Below are positions 36,001 to 48,470 of a stretch of 61,700 bases of DNA, one piece after another. Positions within the stretch are counted from its first letter, which is position 1. Each line of letters starts with the position of its first letter. The notes beneath the pieces were generated by a model that was not told where the DNA came from, did not search any database, and saw only the letters and a list, made by a program, of their open reading frames with translations. The DNA comes from Harriotta raleighana (taxonomy: Eukaryota), in assembly GCA_050575255.1 (NCBI GenBank), contig JBNZDD010013636.1:1267762-1329461 (forward strand), read 5' to 3'. Made by a program: the position numbers and the translations under genes.

Positions 36001-37789
36001 GGTGAGTATTCTGGAAAGATTAAAACACATGAAAAACGGACTTCGAAACTTCTCACCTTGTGATTTTTTACGCCATGTATTTTCCTTCAATTTCCATATA
36101 ATAATATAATCCTTGCTATTGATACAGTATATTATCGTGCTTTCAAGATGTCTCAAAGAGCTTCACAGAATACACTACATATTTTGTGGGTGAAACACAG
36201 CAGTCAATTTCCCCTGAAAAGCCATCCAACTTTTAGTGCATATCTGCACAACATTCCCACAGCCATCATTTTTAATATGTTTTCAGAGATGTTTAAATCT
36301 TTTTCCATTAATAATATTTAGTCGAATTGTTTTTAGGTCAACCGGGTGTGTAATGCTTGTTGAGACCCATCACCGTGCTTAAGAGTATCCAAACCAAACT
36401 TAGAATTTGAATGCCTCCACCTACAAATTAAAGTCTCCATGTATTGGAGTGGAATTTGCACACACTTCCTTGTGGGATGCACCATGCTTATCTAATTCTC
36501 GAAAGCATTAGGTGCAGACTGCGCAGGAGTCAAGTCAAGACCGGATTGTACATTGGTCTACTGCTGGAATCTACCCAGCTAAAGCCACATACCTTGCCAT
36601 TAAAAGCATTATCTGGCAAGTCTTCCTGTTGCTTGTCCAGTCAGGATCACCCTACCTATTAAGACTTTAGCTTACAAAATTAAAAGAATCTATGTATACA
36701 TTCGGCCTCCTATTTTTACTTCCTCTATGCAAACATCTTGTATTTAATTATATTGAATTTCATTTTATTGTCATCATTCCATGTGGGAAGTGGGAAGAAT
36801 CTTATTCAAATGAATCAGGAATTCAATTTATTCAACTCTTCCCTCCCTTTAGAACCTTACTCAATCAGGTTGATCTGTGAATAGAATGGTTAATGTAATA
36901 ATTCCTCACATTTCATATAGGCAGAGAGAAACAGCAGTTCAAACTTGATGGGCCAAATGGGTGAAATTCTTAGATTCTATTTATGCATCAGAAACAATAA
37001 TAAGCAACGCAAAATTTATATTGATCATTTATATATGATATTGTACATTTTGTCCTCAACAACAGTACTGTACCTCAGCAAAAAAATTGATCATCCACTT
37101 CTTGGCTATTTGTAGGACATGAATTGTAGTCGACAAATTGGTGGTACATTTGCTTACAAAATACACAGTCACTACACCTTAATGCATATCCTGTAAGATG
37201 ATGTGAAACGTGCTATGTCAAATGTAAGGATTATTAGTATTATTGTCCTCATGACTAATATCTTGTTCTACTTTGAAAGTTTCCAATTACTCTGAACTTT
37301 GATGTGCATCAGCTGAACTTGCACAATCTCTTTCAGTGAATCTGGCTGAGTCAGCTCATGGAAGACACTGGGAAACTACGTTTGATGCTTCTTCAGTTAA
37401 ATAATTTACAGATCAGCCAAGTGAAAAGTGCGGCTTACGTTTGTACGAAGAATGAGCTCCAGGGAAATACAGACATCTCTTATCAGCTCACTGCATTGCA
37501 GCTGGCCTGTACAAAACATAAAGGCTGCAGTCTGCACATTCGTAGGTGTAAAAACAGCAGGAGTCAAAGGCTTAAGAAAAGATCAACTTCAATATTTTAT
37601 CACCTCTCATGGAATAAATCATAACTGATGTCAAGATATAACATTGCTGGTTCTTTATTTAAAATGCAGTTATTTAAATTGCAAAAACCTCCACAGTTTT
37701 TCTGATTTAATTTTGTAGCACACAGCAGAATAACAAATATAATGAAGATTCTGGTAGATAATGAGATCTGTACAAGATCACCAATGATT

Positions 37790-38365
37790 GCACGCAAGAT
37801 TAAAATCACTTTGTCCCATTCAATCTCATCCTTTCAGCCTATGGTTCTCGCTCTTCTATTACAGCATCAAACTATTTCTTAAATGTGCTTTGGCTTCAAT
37901 TGCCCTGGCCCAGCTTGATAACCTATTTAGAATCTTATATTTCCCTTTGAGACCTCTTTTTTCAAAGCTGAAGAGTCCTAGTTTGCTTAGATATTGATAC
38001 TGGCTCATTCATTTCTCTAACACCGGGATCATCCATTTTGCTCTCCTCTGTACTGCCTCAAGTATCTGGGCAATCCTGATGACCAGAACTGTCCACAATA
38101 CAGCTGTTGTAGCCTGATCAGAACACCCTACAACTTGAGTATGACTTGCGGATTCAACTGATCTGGCAATATAACCCAGCATCACGTTTGTTTTGTTTGG
38201 TTTTTCAGAGAGTTATGATATAGTATGTGAGCAAGCCTTACCTTGATACCCAGTAGCATCAAGATGTGAAGGAGCCTTTCATTTGGTACTTGGTCAAACA
38301 CCCATACGATGAATCGATACAAACATCTTATGGCATCCCACAGTCAATCTGGGATATCACTTTCT
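37790..38365 (-). mobile_element. Old CR1 fragments (ORF2 end plus RT piece)
   Basis: GACCAGAACTGTCCACAATAC is antisense of YCxQFWS; 38230-38300 reads FDQVPNERLLHILMLLGIK, resembling the CR1 RT motif AFDKVPHxRLLxKL..GI. Confidence 0.65.
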
Positions 38366-38369
38366 AACA

Positions 38370-38659
38370 AGTGGTTAGTGCATTTGCTTTGCAAGTGAGA
38401 TTCCAGGCAGGGCGAAACCTCGGGCAAGTTTTCTTAACCCACATGCCTGATAATATTCCCTCAAAAAATAAGTAATAATAATTTGGACAACCAATGCAAC
38501 GACTGTTTGTGGGACACTGCTGTGCCCAATTGACTGCTGCATTTTGGCCACAAAATATACAGTCAGTTCATTATATAGTTTATTCTGTGAAGCGCTTTGA
38601 GATACCTAGAAGACGTAGAAAAGTGTTCTATTAAATGCAAGGATATTTATTGTTATTAT
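38370..38659 (+). mobile_element. Young Deu-SINE, near full length
   Basis: AGTGGTTAG...TTCCAGGCAGGGCGAAACC...CTGTTTGTGGGACACTGCTGTG and tail. Confidence 0.9.
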
Positions 38660-39274
38660 CATAAGGTTGATCAGAACTTATGCTGGCTGGGACTTGTCAA
38701 GTTATTTTCATAGAAATAATCTTCCATTTTTCTCTGATGGTTGACTCTTAATTTACAATAATTGCCACATCAGTTTCTGTTAGCTTTCTTAAAGATAGGA
38801 ACCTTATTTGCTCACTTCCAATTGGTTGGAACCTCACAAGAGGCGAGTCCACTCCCTCATAATGTCTGTCAGCACTACACAAATCTCCTGCCTTGTCTCT
38901 TTATCTATTCTGGGGTACAGCTTTCAGCCCTTTGAATCAATCTTAATGAATGCCAACATCCAGGAGATCTCAAGTGTTTACTGGATGTTGGGACACATAT
39001 TTTTAATGTTCTCCCGAGAAAAAATGCCCAAACTTCTTTGTTAATGTGTTTGTTAAAATTCAGTTATTTTTTGTTATCAGAAATATTGAATAAATCATTT
39101 ATTATTTAAATTTAACATAAAATTGTAATAATTTTTTTTTTAAATTAAAAAACATCCTCCTGACATGAAGCACTGTATATATGTATGAATTTGTATTGAA
39201 CTGCTACAACTGTTCATTCTCCTTCTCATCCACTCTGAGGTCTCTTAGTCTTTCCTGATTACTCTTGTATTGTT

Positions 39275-39480
39275 ATAATAATCCCTCCAAAAAAAACACA
39301 ATAATAAAATTGGTCATTTCAATCCACGACTGTTTGTGGGACACTGCTGTGCGCAATTGGCTGCCGCGTTCTGCCCACAAATATACAGTCAATTCACTTT
39401 ACAGTATATTCTGTGAAGGGTTTGGGACGTTGAGAAGATGTGAAAAGCGCTATATCAAATGCAAGGATTATTATTATTGT
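39275..39480 (+). mobile_element. Young Deu-SINE, 5'-truncated, close to family consensus
   Basis: AATCCACGACTGTTTGTGGGACACTGCTGTGCGCAATTGGCTGCCGCG...AAGCGCTATATCAAATGCAAGGATTATT. Confidence 0.92.
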
Positions 39481-40039
39481 TATAAAATTGAAAGATGTTT
39501 TTGGTATTATGTTTTGCATTTGTTGCTCTCAGTTCTCTCCTGACTCCCTCATTATCTTTTTATAAACCTCTTCCTGTAAAATTTGCAGATCAGTCACAGG
39601 AGGTAGGGAACAATTTGGGATTTATTTCTCAGTATGTACACATGTACCCCAACAACACTACCCCAAGCCTTAGGTTGCATGGAAATCACAGTTTGCTTTG
39701 GATACTCTTAAGCATGGTGATGGCTTTCTGCGTGTATCAGACACCCGGCTGACCAAATTAAAATGAGCTTTGGAGCACTTCAGTTTAAATTGTGCCTGCT
39801 AATCTTGGGTATGTCATTGTCTCACATACTCTGCATAACGTTTTTGAAGAATGTCCATTTATTCTCCGGATAATGCCTCCCAGACTACATACATCACGTG
39901 GCTCAGCCCTGATACTGAGGAAGTTTGCTGTCTAAATCCAAAGTTGTATACAACAACAACCAATTGCAATTATATAGGAGTCTAAATCATGGAATTTATA
40001 TAGTAAATTAATGCCTCATTGGTTATTGATAGCCAGTTT

Positions 40040-40302
40040 AGGTTGATACGAGGAGTACTAGGAAGATGCTACATTGTTGGAGATGCTGTTTAGGTGAAAT
40101 TGCATCTGTCTGTTCAGGTGAATGTTAAAGATCCCATGGCACTAGGAAAAAAAAGAGAATTTCTCAGGCTAATTTGACCAATAATCCCCCAGAAAAAAAA
40201 TTTGCTTTTCGGGGATATTGGCCTGTGTGGAAATTGGCTGCCACTTTTGACTATGAGATGTTTCCCGTGTGAAGGACACAATACAAATGCAATTTGTTGT
40301 TA
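40040..40302 (+). mobile_element. Old Deu-SINE fragment ending in an L2-type tail
   Basis: CATCTGTCTGTTCAGGTGAATGTTAAAGATCCCATGGCACTA...AAATTGGCTGCCAC. Confidence 0.7.
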
Positions 40303-40574
40303 TTGTACAAAATACATTCTACCTTTTATAGCCTGTTCACGAACTGAGCGCTGTTACAAAAAGGATATGTACCACTTATTTATCTGAAATTTCCTGAGAC
40401 AAATATGTTTTGGTTTTATGGTTTGTGATTGCTCTTTATAATCTAGATATCTTAAAGCAGAACAACGGTGAAGTCAATAACGTGAGTTATAATCTCCATT
40501 CTGGTTTGATTTGGATAGTCTTAAAATACTCATTCTGGGTTTGAGACCTGGCTTGATGATGATGCCCATCATAG

Positions 40575-40808
40575 CAAAACCTTTGGCAAGTTTCCTTATT
40601 CCACATGCCTGATTTTAATCCCTCAAGAAAGATAAAGAATAATACTTTGGTCACTTCAATCCACGACTGTTTGTGGGACACTGCTGGGTGCAATTGGCTT
40701 CTGCCGTCAAATATGTAGTTAATTCATTTTACAGATATTCTGTGAAGTGCTTTGAGATGTCTAGAAGATGTGAAAAGTGCTACATCTAATGCAAGGATTA
40801 TTATTATA
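40575..40808 (+). mobile_element. Young Deu-SINE lacking the tRNA head
   Basis: GGCAAGTTTCCTTATTCCACATGCCTG through to the (ATT)n tail. Confidence 0.9.
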
Positions 40809-41095
40809 TTCTCCTACATTTTTATTTGTGCCTTTCATTTAGAACATGAGGTGATCAGCCCAAATCAATTTTGGGCACGAATCACGGGTGAATTAATGAA
40901 TCACATTTTGTGAAACTTTTTCAAAAGCAACTTCACCAGCTGAATGTGTCAGCAGTTTGCAATGCACAAACCCCGAGGATCAATTTTGCTTTGTATATCA
41001 AGTGGACCATGAAGCAAGAAGCAAACCTTAATTCATGCCTCTTGGAGCAACATTTGCACTTTGCAAAGTCAGATCCTTGGCCAATTAGTTTGTGT

Positions 41096-41208
41096 GTCAA
41101 AAACAGAAATCGCTGTGAACACTCAGTAGGTCTGGCAGCATCTATGGAGAAAGGAAAGTGAGTCAATATTTCAGGTCTTGTGGACCTGAAATGTTGACTG
41201 ACTTTCCT
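41096..41208. mobile_element. Penelope-type terminal repeat fragment with inverted duplication
   Basis: AAAACAGAAA..CTCAGTAGGTCTGGCAGCATCTATGGAGAAAGGAAAGTGAGTCAA is homologous to 47888-48018; hairpin at 41152-41208. Confidence 0.65.
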
Positions 41209-41214
41209 AGTGGG

Positions 41215-41570
41215 GATTGGGCAGGTTGCGGAGTTTGCTGTCAGTCAGTTTGAAGAAGTAGAAATTGAGACAGAATTTAAAGATGGAAGAAGACATGGAA
41301 GAAGAGTGTGGACAATCTAAAGGTTAGGGGCATAGGTACTGAAGCCTTGGCCACCAGCTGAGATGTCAAAAGGGTGGTGAACATGCAGAAAACTTGAGTT
41401 AGCTAAGCCCAGGTAGCAAGAAGAGGAATAGTGTAGGAATAGTGGAGATTTGGGAAATAGGGAGGTGCTCGGGAGTTGATGGGAACAGTGAGGATGAAGG
41501 CCTGAATCTATTGGGAGATATTTGGGTGATAGGTGTACATAGTTTATTGTGGGTGAGGATGCAGGAAGCA
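41215..41570 (-). mobile_element. Old L2 ORF2-end fragment
   Basis: Purine-rich antisense; minus ORF ends GGQGFSTYAPNL, compare L2 GxRAFSxxAPxLWN. Confidence 0.5.
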
Positions 41571-41589
41571 GAGTTTCAGATGATAAATA

Positions 41590-41798
41590 TCCCATGGCAC
41601 TATTCAAATAGAGACTGGGGTTTCTCCTGGCCAACAATCTTGCACATAAAATTGATCATTCCTTTCATGGATGGTTGTGGGGCATTGATTTGTCGACCCA
41701 CTAAATAAAGTCATTGCACTTACCAATAAATTGTATTAAGTGCTTTGAGACGTTCTGCCGAGGTGAAACACGCTATATCAAATGCAAGAATTATTACT
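41590..41798 (+). mobile_element. Old Deu-SINE 3' half
   Basis: ATCCCATGGCACTATTC...CCTGGCCAAC...CGCTATATCAAATGCAAG. Confidence 0.75.
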
Positions 41799-42378
41799 AA
41801 TTTAATGCATTTTTTAGGCATCAATTGAGACTTCACGGCACATTGTTCCAATGCTTATTTCATTGTCAAGAAATATTAGATTCTCTGAATATGGCAACTC
41901 TCCAGTATTAGCCAGACTTTCCACTTCATACTATATTACCCTTAACATTGGAATTTCACCCTTCCAGGGTTCTCCAAAATAGATGAGAGAAGAAAGACAC
42001 TGAGCTTTCCGAAAGCCATTACACTCAATGTTGGAAAAATCAAAACAAAACTAATGTTGAAAGGCGAGAAACCAAAGTTTCTTTTGTGTTTTGGGGCCTT
42101 AGAGAGTTAGGCAAGTATTTTCTTTGTTTTGATAGATATTTTATGGCTAAATCTTCAATTCTGTGGTGAAATTTACACCCATATAGGCCCAGAAAATGTT
42201 ATTTCATAATTGAAGTCAGAGCTTCATGTTTCTGCTAGGCCCAAGGCTCCAATTTTAAAACAAAAAAATATTGTCTCAGGCTACAAATCAACGGTGGTGG
42301 CAGAGTTGTTTGAAAATCTGAGAATTTATAGGGCAGGGGGAAGAACATTTGCCCACAAGGAACACAGTCTGTCCACTT

Positions 42379-42688
42379 TAATAATAATAATAATCTTTAC
42401 ATTTGATATACAGAAGTACTTTTCACATCTTCTACACGTCTCAAAGCGCTTCACAGGATATGCTATAAATTGAATTGACTGCATATTTGTGGGTGAAGTG
42501 CGGCAGCCAATTGTACACAGCAGTATCCCACAAGCAGTAGTGAATTGAAATAATCAATTTGTACTTTAGGGATTATTATTAGGCATGTGAAGTAAGGAAA
42601 CTGACCCAAGGGTTCACCCTGCCTGGAATTGAATCCAGATTTCTCGGTTGCAAGGCGAATGCTGTAACCACTAACTTACTGGTTTCCA
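42379..42688 (-). mobile_element. Young Deu-SINE, full length
   Basis: Tail, core and head are all present in antisense. Confidence 0.9.
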
Positions 42689-43602
42689 CATAACAGCATA
42701 TTCACACAAATGCAACCTCCGAGAACCCTCTGCTGAACACAGACAGCAGTGGCATTGCTGGAGCTGTATAGCTCACCCTCAATATATTTAAAGTGCACAA
42801 TACTGTACAGAAGAGCATCTTAGAAGTCCATGTATTGTCCCTTTCTCTCCCAGTCTCCATAGCGGGTTGGTTTAGGGCGTGAAAGGCGCTCTATGAATGT
42901 AATTTTGTTGTTTGTGACTGGATTGATGTCATCAGGCAACCGTTCCAGGTGATCTTTTACCACTGAGCTCTCTACTCTTTACTCTCTTTACTTTTTCTAG
43001 TAAATCACGTGAAGCAATTTGGGGATATCCCCCTGACATTAAAAATGCTATACGAAAAGTAATATGAATTTAGAACAATACTTTCGGATGCATCAAGACT
43101 GTAGAATAAGAGGAAATAGTTCAGAGTTGAAAAGAGCAATTTCAGGAAAGACACCAGCAAGCCTTTCTTTACTCAGAGGGTAATTTATGACTGGAACATG
43201 TTGCCTGGAAGGGTGGTTGAGGTCAGGACACAGAACGTGTTTAAAAAATAGTGTGATGCTGTGATGAAGGAATGATAGAGTGGGTCATCTGGAGAAATGA
43301 GATAAAATGGGTCGAAGGGCGTTCTTCATCCAAACCAATCTTGTGATCCTGTGAAGCTAGCCATACCAGATCATATTAAGCTCTAGCAACCATGATGATA
43401 ATTAATGGCAATAACTTAAGGAGCACCATTCAGCGCTTCAAACCTGGTCTTCCAGTTTATTAGGTCATGCCAGATCTTCAAAGGGCTTTAGAATTTTAGA
43501 AGGAGTTCATTTTAACTGAGGAGCATAAGTGGTGTGTCAAACCCTCAGAATTGGTTGCCACAGAAGTCGAAAAGAATACGACAGAAAGTGAATCAACTTG
43601 TG

Positions 43603-43902
43603 AATAATAATATTTCTTGCAATTGATATAGTGCTTTTCTCATATTCTAGACGTCTCAAAGTGCTACTGTAAAGTGAATTGACTAATTTTTGTGCGTGAA
43701 ATGTGGCAGTGTCCCACAAAGAGTCGTGGTTTGAAATGACCAATTGTGGGTTTATTATTAGGCGTTGGAGTAAAAAACTTGCGCAAGATTCCGTCCTTCT
43801 ATACAAATGTAATTTTGTTGTTTCTGTTGTTGTTACCTGGAATTAAACCCAGGTCTCTTGCTTACAAGGCGAGTGCTCTAACCACTGAGCTACAGGACTC
43901 CA
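43603..43902 (-). mobile_element. Young Deu-SINE, full length, with a ~35 bp L2 tail insertion at 43798-43833
   Basis: Head GAGTGCTCTAACCACTGAGCTACAGGACTCCA; CTATACAAATGTAATTTTGTTG... interrupts the end of the tRNA-like head. Confidence 0.88.
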
Positions 43903-46420
43903 TGGTTGTTAGATGATGCCTGTTCATTAAGGATCTTCTCTTGCTACTGAATGTAAAATCTGCATTTCAGAGATATTGACAAACCTTACTGTGAAAACTG
44001 AACACTTCCATTTAAACTATGTATAGACTTCAGTCTAAGCAAATTAATTTTATAGCCGCTTTCCTGTTTGGCTTAATGCTATTCTCGCTGTATCACAGTT
44101 GCTTTTTAAATTGACATTTACAAAAAGCTTGTATCTAATCCCATGAGTCAGCCGACATGAACACGTCCCTTGTAATTAGCCTCCAGGTTCCGTTATACAT
44201 AATGTATTTTATTCACTGTGGAAAAGAAAATAGTTTAATGCACTCACTCTGGGTGCCTGAAAATAGTATAACAAAAAGGGTATTTAAATAAGACAATGTA
44301 AATTGTATACATTGCTCAGAATGCCAAAACCTTCAAAAGAAATAGGGCTATGAGAGACTATTTATTCTATTTAGTACAATAAAGTCACACATAATGTGAT
44401 ATTGTACTATCAGACATTTGATTTAAGAAGTAATAACTACTTATACAATGTAGATATTGAAGGGTTTTAAAGTGCAAGGCATCATTTGAGATTAAACTAT
44501 AAAGTACTTTGGGGGTTGTTAATAATACGTGCAAATTATAATCTGTGCAAGTGAGTGGAAAGATACAATACAGTTCAATGAAACAATGAAAGTAATAAAC
44601 ACTGAACACTTTAGGAAGGCTGACAAAAATGTGTTGGTGAGTCGTGTGACCAGATTTATCAATCTGTCTGTCCCAAAGGTAAAAGAGCCGTCTTGAATTT
44701 GCATCATATTACAATTTTTCCCATTTTAAGCAATACTGTCCTGTATATTTGAGTTACTGTGGCCAGCAGATTATCCACACAGTCTATTTTTGGCTATATG
44801 GGCACTTGACATTGTCCATTGAGAAGTACCAGATATGTCTTCACTCAAATGGTGAGCTGGAGGTGCTGGCTCTCGCATGTCATTATGAAAATGTAAAACT
44901 TTCCCTTGGGCATAGGATACAAAGTGTAAAAGAGCTGTTTGTTGGGAAGGCAGAATTTCAGTACACTGAAAAGGATGTTGATATTTTGGTACCTTGCTTT
45001 AGTATTGCAGATCATGCTGTGGAGATCAGAGTATAAAAACTGTATTGGCTATGGTGTGATCGGATGCTTGTCTCCACCATTCCCTGCCTCTTTGCAGGGA
45101 GCACAGTGATAACCAATATTGCAGACCTGGCTGTCTGCAACAATACACTTCTAAATCTGTCAGCAGATTGCCTGTTTCCTTGTTACCTAAGGAACGGTGT
45201 ATAGCTACTGCATATGGAAAGCGATCAATGACAAGAGGATGAAAACTAACCAATCATCATAGGGAGGAAATAGTGTACATTAAACAATACAGTAATCATC
45301 ACAACTGTAGCTTTGCCCTTGTTCCTTTTCTCATTTAATGGTTAATTCCTCTCACATCTGTTGTGTTGAGTGACTGAACAGTTACAGTTTTCACCCCAGG
45401 CAAGTTCCAATAAAAATGTGATCCATTCAGTAGCAGCAACCTATCATTTATTACAAGATTATAGGAAAGCACTTCAGTACTTGACAAGAACTTCCTCTCC
45501 TTCCAGGTATAGTTTCAGCATCCTTGTACCCAGGCTACACATTTTGCCCAAAGTTAATTCACTTGACAATGTATTCTGTGAAATGCCTTGAGTTGTCTGA
45601 AAGCCGCAATAAGACCCTATATCAAATGCAAGGATTATTATTACACAACCGGATACTACATAGCATATTAATCTTTTTGTCTCTCTGTCACATCATATAG
45701 TTACATTAAAGTGTGATTAGTTGCCTGTGGAATTTAAAGCCCAAAACTTTACATGTATCACAATGCTGGGATCTAATGTAAGGCCATTTGTAACAGGAAC
45801 TCTTAATAAGATGCACATCACACTGTCTTGTGGAACTTCCTTTCTAATGAGATCTACTTTCGGAGAGGATACAGTGGGCAACGGAACGGGGAGGTAACTG
45901 TAAGCACACTCAAAAAGTAAGGTCTTCAGGCAGGATTTAAAGGTGAGGAGAGGGCAAGGCGGAGGGATTGAGGGAGGGAGAGAAAGAGATCTAACACCTG
46001 CTGTTCATTAACGGTGCACTTTCAATCTGTGTTTATAATAGAACAACAATACACAAGGTAAACTGACAGCACAAAACCAGGGAACCCAAATGAACAAGTC
46101 CACATTTAAGTCCACAGAGCCTATTTTTCCCACACAGTAATGGATTCCGCACAGACAAAACCAATTAATTATTTGTCAGGTAACACCTTCAATAGGGAGT
46201 TAGACAAACATCTGATTAAGACCAGTGTAAGCAAAGAGAAAGATAGACCCATATTGTAACAGATGTAAAGGTTTCAATGCTTTGGACTTTGATATCAATA
46301 ATTTTTGTATGTAAAATTGTAATTGCTGGAAAGGATTTTTATTTTTTTGTTTAATACTGTATTCATCTTCTAGCTTTGATCTGGTGAAAAATATAAAATC
46401 TCACTCTCTTATGCTTAAAA

Positions 46421-46868
46421 GTGTTAAATTATGAGGAAAGGCCGGGTAAACTTGGATTGTATTCCCTTGAGTTTAGAAGATTGAGGGGTGATTTGATTGA
46501 GGTACTTCAGATGATAAAGGAATTAGAAAGTATAGATACAGAGAAGCTATTTCCTCTGGTGGGGAAATCCAAAACAAGGGGGCATAATCTTAAAATTAGA
46601 ACCCGGCCATTTAAGAGTGAAATCAGGAAGCATTTTTCACTCAAAGAGTGGTAGAAATCTGGAATTCTCCCACCCAAAACAGAGATCTAGCCACACCTTC
46701 AAGAGTGAGGATGATAGATTATTGATGGGTCAGGGTATTAAAGCATATGGAGAGAAAGCGGGAAATTGGAATTGAAAGAATTAGTTGAGGTACACATTAG
46801 CCATGATCTAATTAAATGGTGGAACAGGCTCAAAGGGCTGCATGACCTAACCTGTTCCTGTATTCCTA
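46421..46868 (+). mobile_element. CR1 LINE 3' fragment
   Basis: ORF 46421 LNYEERPGKLGLYSLEFRRLRGDLIEV...KLFPLVG.SKTRGHNLKI; 3' UTR AATGGTGGAACAGGCTCAAAGGGCTG. Confidence 0.92.
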
Positions 46869-47694
46869 GAGGTGATATTCCACACTCAGAAACGTTAAAA
46901 AGCAGTGCATCTGAATGAAGATATTAATGGACTGTTTCAACCATATCTGGTGCTTCTTTGATGGTTCAAAAACAATCATTATTCAATTGATAAGTAGCTG
47001 AAGAACAGATAACTCCCTGTGTACTGCGGTAATGTGAGGATTGCTAGGATTTCACTCATACTTGATATGTGGCTGTTGTGTTCCTGTTTTAAGGAACTTG
47101 GGCACTTGTGAAATGAAACCAATAAAGTATGGCACAATAATCTGTCATGCGCCAATTTACAAAAACAGTAATGATTTTGTTAGGGTTTTATATCAAGAAT
47201 TATTATGAAGATAAGATAAAAACATGGTTACAGTATATTTAGTGATTGTTGTATGTGTGTGCTAGATAACCAAAATCTACCTACCTCTTCAGTCATTGGG
47301 AATATTTTTGTGTTCAATCTAGAGATGAAGCATTAATGAGGGAGCAAAGATTATGAAAGTTGGAGGCTCATGTGGAATATAAGAAATGGCACAGATTAGT
47401 TAGGCTGAATGGCCTGTTTCCTTGCTTGTAATACTTCATCCAAATCTTTGACAGTCTCAACTGCCCTTGGTGTTGTGGTTGCAAGGTATGTGTAAATTCA
47501 CTCCACATCCCCTCACACCCCCACCAGAAATATTATGCCACACATTATGCACTGCAGAATTTATTGTTCCAAGATTCCAAGATTTTGTTGATGTCCTGTG
47601 TTCATTTTGAATTCCATGATCCGCAGTTCATGTTGAATGGCTCCATTTGCTCATTGAGAGTTTCTGAAGTGTGAAGTGATCATTAATGCCGGTG

Positions 47695-47870
47695 ATAATA
47701 ATAATAATCCTTGCATTTGATATAGCGCTTTTCACGTCTTCTAGATGTCTCAAAGCCCTTCACAGAATATACTGTAAGATGTTTTGACCGTATGTTTGTG
47801 GGTGAAATGCGGCAGCCAATTGCGCAGAGAAGTGTCCCACAAACAGTCGTGGATTGAAATGAACTATTTA
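47695..47870 (-). mobile_element. Young Deu-SINE, 5'-truncated
   Basis: Near-consensus tail and core. Confidence 0.9.
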
Positions 47871-47887
47871 TTCTTGTGAAACAAAAC

Positions 47888-48018
47888 ACAAAATTATACT
47901 ACAGCTGCTGGAAATCTGAAACAAAAACAGAAGTTGCTGGGAAAACTCAGCAGGTCAAGCAGCATCCATGAAGAAAGGAAAGTGAGTCAACGTTTCGGGT
48001 CCACGGCCCTTCCTTCTG
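47888..48018 (-). mobile_element. Penelope-type terminal repeat with a degenerate hammerhead-like motif
   Basis: GCTGGAAATCTGAAACAAAAACAGAA..GCTGGGAAAACTCAGCAGGTC resembles a common shark repeat I recall. The minus strand reads GAAGGAAGGGCC-GT-GGACCCGAAACGTTGA (stem II followed by GAAA; the CUGANGA box is not intact). Confidence 0.6.
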
Positions 48019-48019
48019 C

Positions 48020-48470
48020 AGATGATGTCACCAAGGTGGGAGCATATAGATGTTAAAAAAAGGAGAGGGCCAAGGATAGAACCCTGTTTTACGCTACAGG
48101 TGACAGAGCGGAGGCTGAAGGAGAAGCTGTTAGCGGCGACAAAGTGGAGATGGTAGGAGAAGTAAAAGGCGAACCAGGCAAAAGCAGGTTCATGAAGATT
48201 GATCTGAGAGGCGAAGCAGTTTAAGAGGATGGAGGGGTCGACAGTATTGAAGGTGGCAGAGAGTTCGAGGACGGCAAGGAGGCAGAGAGAGCCCTGAGAG
48301 CAGATGTTTCAATGCTATTAGAGACTTTGTCCGGAGTTACATGCTGTGGGCAGCAAGGAAGCCAGATTGGAGGGGTTCAAAGAGGAAATGGGGAGAAAGA
48401 AAGGAGCAAAGCTGGGAAGAGAGGTTGGAGATGGGGTGGTAATTCGTGAGTAGGGATGGGTGCAAGTTAA
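48020..48470 (-). mobile_element. L2 ORF2 reverse-transcriptase fragment
   Basis: Minus strand gives LLAVLELSATFNTVDPSILL and VKQGSILGPLLF..IYML..GDII (L2 RT motifs DLSAAFDTV and QGSxLGPLLF); frameshifted, no L2 tail. Confidence 0.88.

Noticed and set aside
38237-38350. Minus-strand exon with a strong AAG/gtaagg donor
   Set aside because: The translation matches a decayed CR1 RT motif (FDQVPNERLL), so it is repeat-derived.
44749-45036. 95 aa ORF
   Set aside because: Non-ATG start, no recognisable family, and no coherent splice boundaries.
1703-47889. Apparent small protein family (ORFs ending KRYIKCKDYYYY at 1703, 12245, 39265, 47683 and others)
   Set aside because: These are translations of the same SINE body and (ATT)n tail, with inconsistent starts and frames.
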